A DNA stretch of 33,678 nt from Myxococcota bacterium (GTDB lineage: Bacteria > Myxococcota > JACRCW01), in NCBI GenBank assembly GCA_040752415.1, contig JBFMGU010000111.1, positions 1 to 33,678 of the forward strand, written 5' to 3'. Positions 10,453-19,793 of this stretch are shown piece after piece. Each line of letters begins with the position of its first letter. Within the stretch, counting starts at the first letter, position 1. Under the pieces are notes generated by a model. The model was given only the letters and a program-made list of their open reading frames with translations, was not told the origin of the DNA and made no database searches. A program made the position numbers and the translations under genes.

Positions 10453-10553
10453 GTCCGCGGTTGACTTGCGGGGTCCCGTCCCGGCATCACATCGACCCGG
10501 TTGATTCCATCAAGGCGGGGCGGGCGCGCAGGAGCCGACCCCGGGGAGCGGTC

Positions 10554-12254
10554 ATGAGCGCAAAGGCTGTGTGGAGCGGGGCGTTGCTGCTGGTGGGCTT
10601 TTTCTCGACGGAGACGGCGCACGCCGGCCTGGCCGTCCCCATGAAGACGGTGCGCAAGACGCTCTCGCGTTTCGCTCCGGACATGACCGCGCCGGAGTGC
10701 TCCCCGCTGAACGCCGACACCACCGTGGAGGTGAAGCTGGAGGCGGCCGGTTGGTTCGCGGTGCCCGCGGGTCCGCGGGGAAAGCCCTGCTGGGTTCCCG
10801 GCAAGGACATGGTGCGTCCCCGTACGCGCGCGTTCGGACCGGACGCGGTGCTCACCACCAAGCTCGCCGAGGGCGTGGCCGCCGTGCTGAAGACCGCCGC
10901 GGACCTCATCCCCGCCCCCGACGCGCCGGAGAGCGTGGGGGCGTTGGAGCCGGGCCAGGACGTGGAGGTGATGGAGACGCAGGGCGACTACGTCCGCATC
11001 CGCACCGACAAGGGCGCCATGGGCTGGGTTGCCAAGAAGGCGCTCGCCGACGCCGCGCAGGCGGTGGTGAAGACGTCACAGGCACTGGCGAGCGAGCCGG
11101 GGCGCGCGGGCGGCAAGGGCAAGGTGACCCCCGGTGACGTCGTCACGGTGCTGAAGGCCACCAAGGACTACGTGAAGCTCAAGCTGGCGGACGGCTCGGT
11201 GGGTTGGGCCGCGGCGCAGTCGGTGGCGGTGATGCAGGAGTTCGCCGCGGTGCCGCCGCACCTCCAGGCGCCCGCGGATGAGGCCGCGCCCACGTCGGGG
11301 AAGAAGGCCGGTTCCGAGCGGGGCACCGACGAGCGCAAGGAGACCGCCATGGTCACCTCCGCCAGCGGCGCGGGTGAGCTCACCGTCGAGATGTGGCTGC
11401 AGAAGGTGGACGGCACCGTGCTCAGCGACGGCGCGGGCCTCAAGGAAGGCGACGAGTACGAGGTGCACGTGAAGTGCTCCCAGGACTGCTACCTGCGCGT
11501 CACGGGCGAGACGCCGGAGAACAACATCCTGTGCCAGTACAGCCCCATCCACGTGAAGGGCTGGGACGTCTCCCCGCTCATCAAGGCCGGTGAGGACGCG
11601 TGGCCCAAGCTGCTGCCGCCGGGCGCGCGCTACAAGGTGTTCCCGCCGGTGATGACGCAGGACATCGTGCGCGTGGAGGCCATTCCCGCCAGCGCGGGCG
11701 TGGAGCCGTTCCGCTACGTGCCGGGCAAGGGCAACGCGCCCGGGTGCACCCCCACCAGCGGGACCTCGCGCTCGGTGGGCATCGTGTTCGGCTCGTCGAC
11801 GGAGACGCCGCCCGCGCAGCCGGTTCCCACCGCCGTCTACCAGCGCGCGTTCTTCACCAACCCCTCCGACCCCTCCTTCACGCTGCTCTCGTCGGGAGAG
11901 GCGGGCGGGTCGCGTGGCCTGGGTGCACCGGCGCCCGCGCGTCGCACCGACGGTCCCCGCATCTCCGTGGTGGGCGCGGGCAACCAGGCCAAGGCGCCCG
12001 GCATGCTGGAGACCACGGTGCGCTTCACGCCGCGCAGTGAGAGCGCGCCAGTGGACGTGGAGAGCTTCCGCGCGCGGTTGTGGGCGGGGGGCAACGCCAA
12101 GGACGTCACCCCGCAGTTCAAGAAGTTCGTGACGCAGACGGGCTTCATGGTGCGCGGCGCACGTCTGCCGGCGGGCAGCTACAAACTCGAGCTCGCCGTC
12201 AAGGACACCAGCGGGAAGGAGACGGTGGAGCTCGTCGAGTTCACGGTGCGCTGA
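10554..12254 (+). CDS. Secreted protein with ~3 SH3b domains, a DUF4384-like domain and a C-terminal Ig-like domain, 566 aa
   Basis: ATG 10554 with GGGGAG RBS and a signal peptide ending AHA. SH3b-type repeats 'LEPGQDVEVMETQGDYVRIRTDKGAMGWVA' and 'VTPGDVVTVLKATKDYVKLKLADGSVGWAA'. 'LKEGDEYEVHVKCSQDCYLRV' resembles DUF4384. Confidence 0.75.
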   Translation: MSAKAVWSGALLLVGFFSTETAHAGLAVPMKTVRKTLSRFAPDMTAPECSPLNADTTVEVKLEAAGWFAVPAGPRGKPCWVPGKDMVRPRTRAFGPDAVLTTKLAEGVAAVLKTAADLIPAPDAPESVGALEPGQDVEVMETQGDYVRIRTDKGAMGWVAKKALADAAQAVVKTSQALASEPGRAGGKGKVTPGDVVTVLKATKDYVKLKLADGSVGWAAAQSVAVMQEFAAVPPHLQAPADEAAPTSGKKAGSERGTDERKETAMVTSASGAGELTVEMWLQKVDGTVLSDGAGLKEGDEYEVHVKCSQDCYLRVTGETPENNILCQYSPIHVKGWDVSPLIKAGEDAWPKLLPPGARYKVFPPVMTQDIVRVEAIPASAGVEPFRYVPGKGNAPGCTPTSGTSRSVGIVFGSSTETPPAQPVPTAVYQRAFFTNPSDPSFTLLSSGEAGGSRGLGAPAPARRTDGPRISVVGAGNQAKAPGMLETTVRFTPRSESAPVDVESFRARLWAGGNAKDVTPQFKKFVTQTGFMVRGARLPAGSYKLELAVKDTSGKETVELVEFTVR

Positions 12255-12323
12255 GGAGTCCCTGGCACGGAACGCCGCCTGGCACGAGCAGCACCCCCGG
12301 CCGCGCAACCGGGTGCCCCCCGG

Positions 12324-12373
12324 AAAAACGAAACCCGCGGGACGGTGGGACGACCCCATCCGCCCTCGCGGGT
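12324..12373 (-). terminator. Probable intrinsic terminator of the minus-strand gene
   Basis: Stem ACCCGCG...CGCGGGT followed on the minus strand by TTCGTTTTT. Lies between convergent genes. Confidence 0.6.
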
Positions 12374-12396
12374 CGCGTTGCTCGTCGGGGTGCTGC

Positions 12397-12951
12397 TCAG
12401 TGCGGGACGCGCTCGACGGCGCCGGTCAACGCGCTCACCTGGTAGTACCCGCCCGGCATGCCCGCGCTGTCCCACGCGTGCGTGGTGGGCGCCTGGAAGG
12501 CCAGCTGCAGCGCCATGAGGTCGGCGCCGCGGTCGTCCTTCACCGGCACGGTCAGGTCCGCCTCGAACAGCCCCTCCTTCACGCGACGCATCTCCACGTC
12601 GCGCTGGGCCTGCCAGCGGGGGCTGTTGGCGCGCTCAAAGCCCACGCGGGCCAGCAGCTTCTCGGTGCGCGCCAGCGGGCCGGCGTAGCGGATGGTGGCC
12701 TTCAGCCCGGTCTTGATGGGCTCAAAGCGGACCTCCACCGGACGGGCCGGCATGTCCGTGGCGGCCGGCATGTTCACCGCCGGCGTCGTCGTGGTCGCGG
12801 CCTTGGCCGGAGCCGTGGTCGTCGTCGGGACCGGCGTCGCGGCCTTGGCCATCGTCGTGGTGGTCACCGGCGCCGCGGCGCGCGCGGGCTCGGACTTGGT
12901 GTTGGTCGTGGTGTTTGTCGTCGTGTTCGTGTTCTTGGTCTTCTTGGCCAT
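12397..12951 (-). CDS. Carbohydrate-binding (CBM53/CBM25-like, alpha-glucan) protein with a Thr/Ala-rich N-terminal tail, 184 aa
   Basis: Real start is ATG 12951 (MAKKTKNTNTT) inside the 749-aa ORF. The pattern 'IRYAGPLA..LLARVGF..W....DVEM...GLFEADLTVP..LQLAFQ...AWDS' matches stand-alone CBM53-like proteins. Confidence 0.6.
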   Translation of the reverse strand: MAKKTKNTNTTTNTTTNTKSEPARAAAPVTTTTMAKAATPVPTTTTAPAKAATTTTPAVNMPAATDMPARPVEVRFEPIKTGLKATIRYAGPLARTEKLLARVGFERANSPRWQAQRDVEMRRVKEGLFEADLTVPVKDDRGADLMALQLAFQAPTTHAWDSAGMPGGYYQVSALTGAVERVPH

Positions 12952-13113
12952 GGTCAACCCCCAGGTCGTGGGAAAATGGTGTGGGCCTTTTGTCGCGTCG
13001 CGACGCGATTGGCAACCCCACTTCCCAGCTGGCGCATTCCCGCCCCCCGAGCGGAGGCTCCGCCACGTCCTTGCGTTGCGGCCTGGGTCGGATTCTGACA
13101 GGTTCCCACGCCC

Positions 13114-13980
13114 ATGATTTCTCGGTGTGACGCCTGCCAACGACCCTTCGTGGCGTCCCGTCCGGGCCTGCAGCCGTGTCCCCATTGCGGCGCCGGCGTC
13201 GACGTGGATGCGCCACCGGGCACACCTCCCGCCACCGGGGAACCACCCGGTCCACGCCCCGCGCCGGTGGGCCCCGCCACGCCGCCAACCTGGTCGCAAC
13301 CGCAGCCGCACCACCCCGCACATCCTGCGGGCCTGCCCACGCTGGTCATCCCGGAGCCGGCCACGGTGGGCTTCCTCACCACGCTGAAGTTCGTGCTGGG
13401 CGCGCCGCGCCGCTTCTTTGACGCGCTCGGTCCGCAGAGCCCCATCCGCACCGGCGTGCGCTTCGGCTACGTGGCCTCGCTGGTGGGCATCCTGGGCACG
13501 GCCATCAAGGGCTGGCTGGCCGAGCCGGTGCCGCTCCCCGTCGAGAGCCTGGCCTCGCTGCCGGAGGCCGCACGTCAGTGCGCCATCAACCAGCAGACCG
13601 CGTGGGACGCGGCGGTGGAGCCGCTGTTGCTCGCGCGCATGCCGTTGGCGCCGGTGCTGGCCCTGATGCTGGTCTACGGCATCACGATGTTGTTCCACAC
13701 GCTGGCCCGCGCCATGGGAAATTCCACCACGGAGCTGCCGCTGGCCGCCCGCAACCTGGGCTACGCGTTCGCGCCGCTGGCGTTGGCCGCGCTGCCGTTC
13801 ATGGCGTTTGGCGGCTGCTTCCTGTGGTCGCTGGTGCTGATGGGCATCTCGCTCAAGCGCACCTACGGGCTGACCACCGGGCTGGCCGCGTTGATGGCAG
13901 CGTTCCCCTTCTGCCTGTGGATGGCGGTGGAGCTGCTGGTGGCCATGTACCTGCTCATCCCCTGCCTCCCGACGATGTGA
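13114..13980 (+). CDS. Zinc-ribbon plus Yip1-domain membrane protein
   Basis: N-terminal CxxC...CPxCG, Pro-rich linker, 'TLKFVLGAPRRFF' Yip1-type start, about 5 TM helices. Confidence 0.7.
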   Translation: MISRCDACQRPFVASRPGLQPCPHCGAGVDVDAPPGTPPATGEPPGPRPAPVGPATPPTWSQPQPHHPAHPAGLPTLVIPEPATVGFLTTLKFVLGAPRRFFDALGPQSPIRTGVRFGYVASLVGILGTAIKGWLAEPVPLPVESLASLPEAARQCAINQQTAWDAAVEPLLLARMPLAPVLALMLVYGITMLFHTLARAMGNSTTELPLAARNLGYAFAPLALAALPFMAFGGCFLWSLVLMGISLKRTYGLTTGLAALMAAFPFCLWMAVELLVAMYLLIPCLPTM

Positions 13981-13983
13981 ACC

Positions 13984-14577
13984 ATGGACCTGGCGAACCC
14001 GCAGCTCCTCACGCTGGTGGTCCTCTCCTATCTGCTGGGAGCGGTGCCCTTTGGCCTGGTGCTGGTGCGTTGGCGCGCGCACACCGACGTGCGACTGGCC
14101 GGCAGCGGAAACATTGGCGCCACCAACGTGGCCCGCGTGGCGGGCAAGGGCCTGGGCGTCATCACGTTGCTGCTCGACGCCATGAAGGGCGCGCTCCCGG
14201 TCACCGCCGCGCGCATGCTGGGCGTGGGCGAGCTGGGCTGCGCCGTGGTGGGCGCGGCGGCGTTCCTGGGCCACTGCTTCCCGGTCTACCTGAGGTTCAA
14301 GGGCGGCAAGGGCATCGCCACCGGGTTTGGCGTGGTGCTGGCCATGCGTCCGCCCGTGGCGCTGCTGGCGGCGGCGGTCTACGGCATCACGTTCCTGGCC
14401 ACGCGCATCTCCAGCGTCTCCAGTCTCACCGCGCTGGTTGCCGTCGGAGCGGCGGCGGGTTTCGTGGGATTGCAGCCGGAGCTGTGGGGGCTGTTCGCGA
14501 CCATGCTCGCCGTGATTGTCGTGAAGCACATCCCCAACATCCGCCGGCTGCTGGGCGGCAAGGAATCGCGCCTCTGA
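13984..14577 (+). CDS. plsY: Glycerol-3-phosphate acyltransferase PlsY
   Basis: Motifs YLLGAVPFG, GSGNIGATNVAR, LLDAMKG, GHCFPVYLRFKGGKGIATG, KHIPNIRRL. Confidence 0.96.
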   Translation: MDLANPQLLTLVVLSYLLGAVPFGLVLVRWRAHTDVRLAGSGNIGATNVARVAGKGLGVITLLLDAMKGALPVTAARMLGVGELGCAVVGAAAFLGHCFPVYLRFKGGKGIATGFGVVLAMRPPVALLAAAVYGITFLATRISSVSSLTALVAVGAAAGFVGLQPELWGLFATMLAVIVVKHIPNIRRLLGGKESRL

Positions 14578-14691
14578 TACCGCGCGGTCATGGCCGTCGC
14601 CTGACTTCGTCGTCCGTCCCGGGGCGCCCGGGCTTCGCCGAGCCAACCTGACCGTGTTGACAAGTCCGCTAAGCGGGGCGAAACGACCAAG

Positions 14692-16149
14692 ATGGCCTCG
14701 TTCCGCCGCCGCGTCGCCGGCATCGTCGTTGTTTCCGCCCTTGGGTGCGTAACTTCGGAGGACACCACCATCACCATCGGCGACGCCCGCGCCGGGCAGG
14801 TCAGGGCGGACGCAGGAGCAACGGACGCCAGCACCGGTACCATCCCCGACGGAGGTTCCATCCTCGCGCCGGATGCGTCGTCGTCATCCGGACAGCCGTG
14901 CCAGCCTGAGGACGGAACGCTCCCGGGCGGTTTCCTCGCAATGCGGCAGGGCCCCATCACCATCCATGACGAGAATGGAGACGTCATCCACACCGTCACG
15001 CCCGCGGTCCCCCTGGACCGGGTGCGCGCGTTCCTCCCCGAGCACGACCTGATCCTCGGTCTGACAAACGAGCCCAGGCTCCATGCCGTGCGCATCCCCA
15101 CCGGCGAGCAGGTGGCAATACTGACGCCGGAGGGGACCCAACACGGGACCATCACCGGGCTCTCGGCGACCCGCTTCGTTGCCACGTACGGGTCGGTGGA
15201 TTGTGAAGGTGGTTCCGGCATCCGCACCTATGACCTGGTGGAGGGCGTCCCCACACTGGTTGCGGACGTGACGCTCCCCGACGACTGTCCCGGCCTGACA
15301 TCGGTCAGTCCGCTGAACGGTGACGTCGTGCTGGTGCGCGCATCGCATGACGCCGACGCGGGAGCGCTGTCCCGGTACGCCTGGTATGCGCTGGACGTCG
15401 TCACGGGTGCACGCACGCTGCTTCGGGACTGTTCGCCCCACGCGTGGTGTGGCGCCATCCACCGGCAACCAGGCACGAACCTCGTGCTGCTGGGCGACGG
15501 GATCTGGGATGAGGTGAGCATTCCCACCACCAACGCGGTGGACACCACCACGGGTGTCGTCGTGGCGTCGCAGCCCTTCCTGACGCTCTCCCGCGCCGGG
15601 CCCGTGGCCGTGCTGAAGGACACCGCCAACGAGCTCTTCCTGTGGAACCCGTGGGCGGGACAGGATGCGCGAGCCTGGCCGCGTCCCTCCAGCGACGCGC
15701 GGGAAGCCATCGTCGCGCAGGGCGACGTGGTGGCGGTGGCGACGGGCGACTTCCTGGAGGTGCGACGGGTGGGCGACCAGACGCTGCTGCTGGGTGTCGT
15801 CGGTGAGCCGCTGGAGGCGCCGGCGTTCTGGGAGCCGTCCAACGTCGTGGTCTCGACCGACGGAAGGGCGGCCATGCGTGCGCGGACGCGCTGGAGCGAC
15901 GGAACGGGCCTGGGCGGCATGATCCGCTTCTCGCGCGCGGACGGGTGCACCCTGGACCTCCAGGGCTTCTACGGCGACGACGAGAGCGCGCTCATCACGG
16001 CCATGTGGCACCGACCCGAGGGAAACGACGAGGACGGGCTCTACTACTTCGATGACGTTGGAGCCCGCGTGGTGCGCGTGAAGGTCTACGACGGCGGCGC
16101 GCGCGACAAGCCGTTCCAGCCGCGTCGCCCTGGGCTTCCCTGGTACTGA
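14692..16149 (+). CDS. Hypothetical lipoprotein, probable beta-propeller
   Basis: Basic N-terminus plus lipobox 'SALGC', DAG-rich linker, repeated strand motifs (YDL..G, ALDVVTG, AVDTTTG, LFLWNP). Confidence 0.65.
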   Translation: MASFRRRVAGIVVVSALGCVTSEDTTITIGDARAGQVRADAGATDASTGTIPDGGSILAPDASSSSGQPCQPEDGTLPGGFLAMRQGPITIHDENGDVIHTVTPAVPLDRVRAFLPEHDLILGLTNEPRLHAVRIPTGEQVAILTPEGTQHGTITGLSATRFVATYGSVDCEGGSGIRTYDLVEGVPTLVADVTLPDDCPGLTSVSPLNGDVVLVRASHDADAGALSRYAWYALDVVTGARTLLRDCSPHAWCGAIHRQPGTNLVLLGDGIWDEVSIPTTNAVDTTTGVVVASQPFLTLSRAGPVAVLKDTANELFLWNPWAGQDARAWPRPSSDAREAIVAQGDVVAVATGDFLEVRRVGDQTLLLGVVGEPLEAPAFWEPSNVVVSTDGRAAMRARTRWSDGTGLGGMIRFSRADGCTLDLQGFYGDDESALITAMWHRPEGNDEDGLYYFDDVGARVVRVKVYDGGARDKPFQPRRPGLPWY

Positions 16150-16166
16150 GCGTTGCGCGGGACCGC

Positions 16167-17471
16167 TCACTCCTCGTCGTCGACGAGCGAATGTGAGTCG
16201 GTGCCCACCAGGGCCAGCGCCGACCCGATCCCGACGGCCGCGCACCCGACGCTGAGAGCCCCCAACGACAACGCATGCCACGTGGAGGCGAACACCGCCG
16301 CCGCGGTGAAGTCGGAGACGCGCAGCGGCACGGTGGGGCCAATGAAGGCCGCGCCATCAAAGGCGCCAAGGGTCCCGCAGAACATGCCGCCCAACAGCAT
16401 CACGGGCAGGCACCACGGCGCCCCCAACGCCAACAACGAGCCCAGGGTTGCCAACACCGGTCCAGCACGCCGTGCTGCCGTGGGACGGCGCGCCTCCGCC
16501 AGTTCCTCCTCGTCACGACAGCAACCGGTGCTCGCAACCGGGATGCGTCCCACGTCCATCCGGTCATGCACCGCCACGCCAGCCGCGGCCAGGAGCGCCA
16601 CACCGCCGAGCAGCAACAGCGGCACAGGCGCCAGCAGCGGGATGAGCAGGTGCAGGACGGGGAAGTTGTATGTGCCGTCGGGGTTGATGCGGTTGGGATA
16701 CGCGGGCAGCTCCCAGCCCTCCAGTGTCTCGTCGGGTGGGGGGCCCTGCAGCGTGGTGGCGTAGTAGCTGAGCCCCGTGGCAAACCCCGCCACCGCGCCC
16801 GCCATCAGCACGCAAGCCCCGGCCGCCAGCACCAACGTCCCCACCGCGAGCGGATGGAACCCCGGCTCGCTGTTGGCCTGGATGATGCGGCGGGTCCATT
16901 CCGTCATGACGTCGGTATCCGGTGAGGTGCGGACCACCTGCGCCACCTCCTCGGCCACGGCGGGCGTGGTGCCAAGCCGCGCGGCCAGCCGCGGATCGTC
17001 GGCGGCAATCCGGGCACCGCCGGCGAGCTGTCGCGCAATCACGTCAATGGACACCAGCAGCGCCCCCAGCGACGGCGCATGCACCGACGCCCGACGCAGG
17101 ACGTGCGCATCGGCACGACGGACCAGCGAGGCATCCAGGGCCAGCCCGCGACGGAAGGCACGGAGCCCCGCGCTCACCACCAGCTCGGCGTTGAGCGCAT
17201 TGGCAATGTCGGCCAGGCAGCTCTCCGCCTCACAACCCTGCAGCTGGTGCGCCGCCTCCGCACCCGCCATGGCGACGATCTCATCCCGTCCCATGGCCCG
17301 GAACGGCGCGTGGCGGTTCAGCGCATCCACCAACATGCGCTCCAGTCCCCGCGCCTGTTCAGCGACGTCCGCCGGCAGGTTGGGCCCGGCGCGCAACGGC
17401 ATCACCACCGCGCGGGCCGGGGGCGCCACGTCGGAAACCAGCAACGCCCCGAGCATCACCCACGCCATCAT
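16167..17471 (-). CDS. Membrane protein with an N-terminal TolB_N/CsgG-like domain (paralog 2)
   Basis: Signal peptide, 'LQGCEAESCLADIANALNAELVV', C-terminal TM helices with 'DVGRIPVASTGCCRD'. ATGA overlap with the upstream paralog. Confidence 0.7.
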   Translation of the reverse strand: MMAWVMLGALLVSDVAPPARAVVMPLRAGPNLPADVAEQARGLERMLVDALNRHAPFRAMGRDEIVAMAGAEAAHQLQGCEAESCLADIANALNAELVVSAGLRAFRRGLALDASLVRRADAHVLRRASVHAPSLGALLVSIDVIARQLAGGARIAADDPRLAARLGTTPAVAEEVAQVVRTSPDTDVMTEWTRRIIQANSEPGFHPLAVGTLVLAAGACVLMAGAVAGFATGLSYYATTLQGPPPDETLEGWELPAYPNRINPDGTYNFPVLHLLIPLLAPVPLLLLGGVALLAAAGVAVHDRMDVGRIPVASTGCCRDEEELAEARRPTAARRAGPVLATLGSLLALGAPWCLPVMLLGGMFCGTLGAFDGAAFIGPTVPLRVSDFTAAAVFASTWHALSLGALSVGCAAVGIGSALALVGTDSHSLVDDEE

Positions 17472-18676
17472 GGCGCCGCCTCCTCGTCATCCGCGGCGTC
17501 ACGGAGCGGTTTCTGGGGTGAGAAGAGCTGCCACAGCCCCGTGGGTGTGGCCACGACCAGTGGCAGACACAACGCCACGGGCAGCAGGGGAAAGGCGAAC
17601 AACCCGGTGAAGGCACTCAGGGTCCAGACCGTGTCGTTGCCGTCGCTGGGGAGGCGGAACCGTTGGGCGCCTCCGCTGATGTTGTAGGTCCGGATCACCA
17701 CAGCGCCGGTCATGACCAACGTCAGGCCCACCGCCACGGTCAGCGGTCCCGCCAGGAGCATCGCCAGCGCGGAGGAACGGGTCACACCGTCGTCAGCCTC
17801 GACGTCCGCCACGGTGCGCGCATCCACGCAGCACCCGCTGTCCCGCACCGGCACGCGCCCCAGGTCCAGCGCATCCACCACCAGCAACACCAGGGCGGCA
17901 GCCATCGCCGCCACGCCAAGATGGAACATCACCCCCGCACCACCCAGGCTCAGCAGCGAGACGGTGGTGGCGTCGGACAGCATGGCCAGCGCGGCAAAGA
18001 TGGTCCCGGCGAACGAAGCGGCCAGCAGCATGCTCCCGGTGAGCACGGTCGCCGCCTCGGCGACGGCCAGCGCGTTGCTCTCGGCATTGTGGCGGACGAT
18101 GTAGCGGGTGAGTGCTTCGCCCGTGCTCAGCTCCGGCACGGTGAGTCGGTAGGTGCGGAAATCCCGCGCATCACGAACGTCCACGAAGCCCCAGCGTCGG
18201 GCGGCGCGTTGATCGTCGTCGGTGATCGGCTCCAGGTGGCAGAGCACCCGCGCCATGTCCTCCACCTGCGCCACCAGGGATGCCAACGTGGCGGCCTTCA
18301 TGGCGCCGGCGGAAACCACCGTGCCGGCGGTCTGGTCGACGATGCGCGCGGTCCAGAGGTGGTGATCCTGGACCCGCTCCACCCGGCCCACCACGAGGAA
18401 GCGGACGCCCAATGCCCCCGCCAGCTCCGCCAGGCAGGTGTCCGCTTCGCACCCCATCATCTGCCGTTCCTGTTCGTTGGCCAGCAGTGCCTGCACCTCG
18501 TGGGGAGCCATGACGTCGTAGACCTTGAGGCGGGCCAGGTGGTCGGTCAGCGTGTTGGTCATCAGCTCGGCCACCGCTTCGGACTCCGGCGTCGACGGCG
18601 ACACCGTCACCGTGAGCACCGCGGCACGTTCGACGTTGGCGGCAGCCAGCATGAGCAGCAGGAGCGCGGGCATCAC
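17468..18676 (-). CDS. Membrane protein with an N-terminal TolB_N/CsgG-like domain (paralog 1)
   Basis: Signal peptide, 'MMGCEADTCLAELAGALGVRFLVVGRV', TM helices with 'DLGRVPVRDSGCCVD'. Start is GTG 18676 or ATG 18673. Confidence 0.7.
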   Translation of the reverse strand: MMPALLLLMLAAANVERAAVLTVTVSPSTPESEAVAELMTNTLTDHLARLKVYDVMAPHEVQALLANEQERQMMGCEADTCLAELAGALGVRFLVVGRVERVQDHHLWTARIVDQTAGTVVSAGAMKAATLASLVAQVEDMARVLCHLEPITDDDQRAARRWGFVDVRDARDFRTYRLTVPELSTGEALTRYIVRHNAESNALAVAEAATVLTGSMLLAASFAGTIFAALAMLSDATTVSLLSLGGAGVMFHLGVAAMAAALVLLVVDALDLGRVPVRDSGCCVDARTVADVEADDGVTRSSALAMLLAGPLTVAVGLTLVMTGAVVIRTYNISGGAQRFRLPSDGNDTVWTLSAFTGLFAFPLLPVALCLPLVVATPTGLWQLFSPQKPLRDAADDEEAAP

Positions 18677-18774
18677 GGGCGCACTCTATACCGCGTCACG
18701 CCTACGCCAAGAGCGGTCGCAGGGACCACGCCGCGCCGTCGGCGGCAGCGGTTGCCGGTCCGGGGCCGCTGACA

Positions 18775-19149
18775 TCACATCTTGATCACCCGACGGGGAT
18801 CGAGCGCATTCCGCAATCCGTCGCCGAGGAAGTTGAACGAAGCCACGGTGGTGAGGATGAGGGCCACGTAGTTGTCGCTGTTGGGCACGGACTCGTGGAT
18901 GAGCCTTCCCACGCCTGGCAAGCTGTACACGGTTTCGGTGAGCACCGCGCTGGAGAAGAGCGAAGGCAGGCTGAAGGCCAGCACGGTGACGACGGGAATC
19001 AACGCGTTGCGCAGCGCGTGCTTCCAGATCACCCACGGATTCCGGCAGACCCTTGGCGCGCGCGGTGCGGATGTAGTCCTGGTGGGATGACCTCCAGGCA
19101 TGGCACCGCGCACGTAACGCACCCACCGCCCCACGTACGCCGCGGCCAG
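18775..19149 (-). pseudogene. Decayed chimeric duplicate of the ABC permease genes (oppB 3' part fused to oppC 3' end)
   Basis: 18781-18861 matches 25446-25526 (78 of 81). 18862-19149 matches 26630-26914 with substitutions and small indels that shift the frame. About 1.1 kb between the two source segments is deleted. Confidence 0.92.
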
Positions 19150-19166
19150 TTGCATGTAGTGCCCTT

Positions 19167-19784
19167 TTACGGCGACAGCGCCTTACGAATCATGCCGATG
19201 AAGACCGGGACCAACTTGCGGAGGGTCTCCTCATCGAGTTCTTGCGTCATGAGCCACATGTCCATCGCCTGCCCCATCCCGAAGACCACGGCGATCAAGA
19301 GGCCGGTCGGCACGTCCTTGCGCACCGCGCGCGCTCGCTGTCCGGCGACGAGCGCCTGTTCGAACCACGGCAGGAGCGCCGCCTCCATCTCCTTCTGCGC
19401 TTGCACGAGCGCGGGGTTCGCCGACGCCGTCACCCACCCTCGCGCGAGAGCTGCCACGGGTGGCGATGACGCGAGCGCGCCCATGATGCGCAGGTAGTAG
19501 TCGGTGAGCGTGGACCAGAAAGCGTTGGGCTCGCGAGCGCTCGGGACGGGGAACGGTCCCGCCGCTTCGAACAGCCGTCCGAGCTCAACGCGCGCCACGT
19601 GTGCGTAGAGGTCCTCCTTGCCGTCGAAGTAGTAGTACATCGACCCCTTGGAGATTCCGGCGGCGTCGATGATGCGGTTGAGCGACGCCGCGTTGAAGCC
19701 GTGGCCAGAGAACTCCTCGAGCGCGGCGTGCAGGATGGCCTGCTGCTGTTCTGCTGGGAGCTTGTGGAACCGTGGTCGAGGCAT
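19167..19784 (-). CDS. TetR/AcrR family transcriptional regulator
   Basis: HTH 'ILHAALEEFSGHGFNAASLNRIIDAAGISKGSMYYYFDGKEDL'. Confidence 0.95.
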   Translation of the reverse strand: MPRPRFHKLPAEQQQAILHAALEEFSGHGFNAASLNRIIDAAGISKGSMYYYFDGKEDLYAHVARVELGRLFEAAGPFPVPSAREPNAFWSTLTDYYLRIMGALASSPPVAALARGWVTASANPALVQAQKEMEAALLPWFEQALVAGQRARAVRKDVPTGLLIAVVFGMGQAMDMWLMTQELDEETLRKLVPVFIGMIRKALSP

Positions 19785-19793
19785 GGGGGACCC

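Noticed and set aside
10068..10553. N-terminal extension of the 728-aa ORF
   Set aside because: It overlaps the upstream gene. The RBS and signal peptide point to ATG 10554.
12261..12295. Two CCTGGCACG copies resembling sigma54 -24 boxes
   Set aside because: No TTGC at -12, and they lie between convergent gene ends.
12952..14646. N-terminal 565 aa of the 749-aa minus-strand ORF
   Set aside because: It overlaps plsY and the Yip1 gene in antisense. Only the part from ATG 12951 looks like a real protein.
14657..14690. TTGACA upstream of the lipoprotein gene
   Set aside because: No credible -10 element at 16-18 bp spacing.
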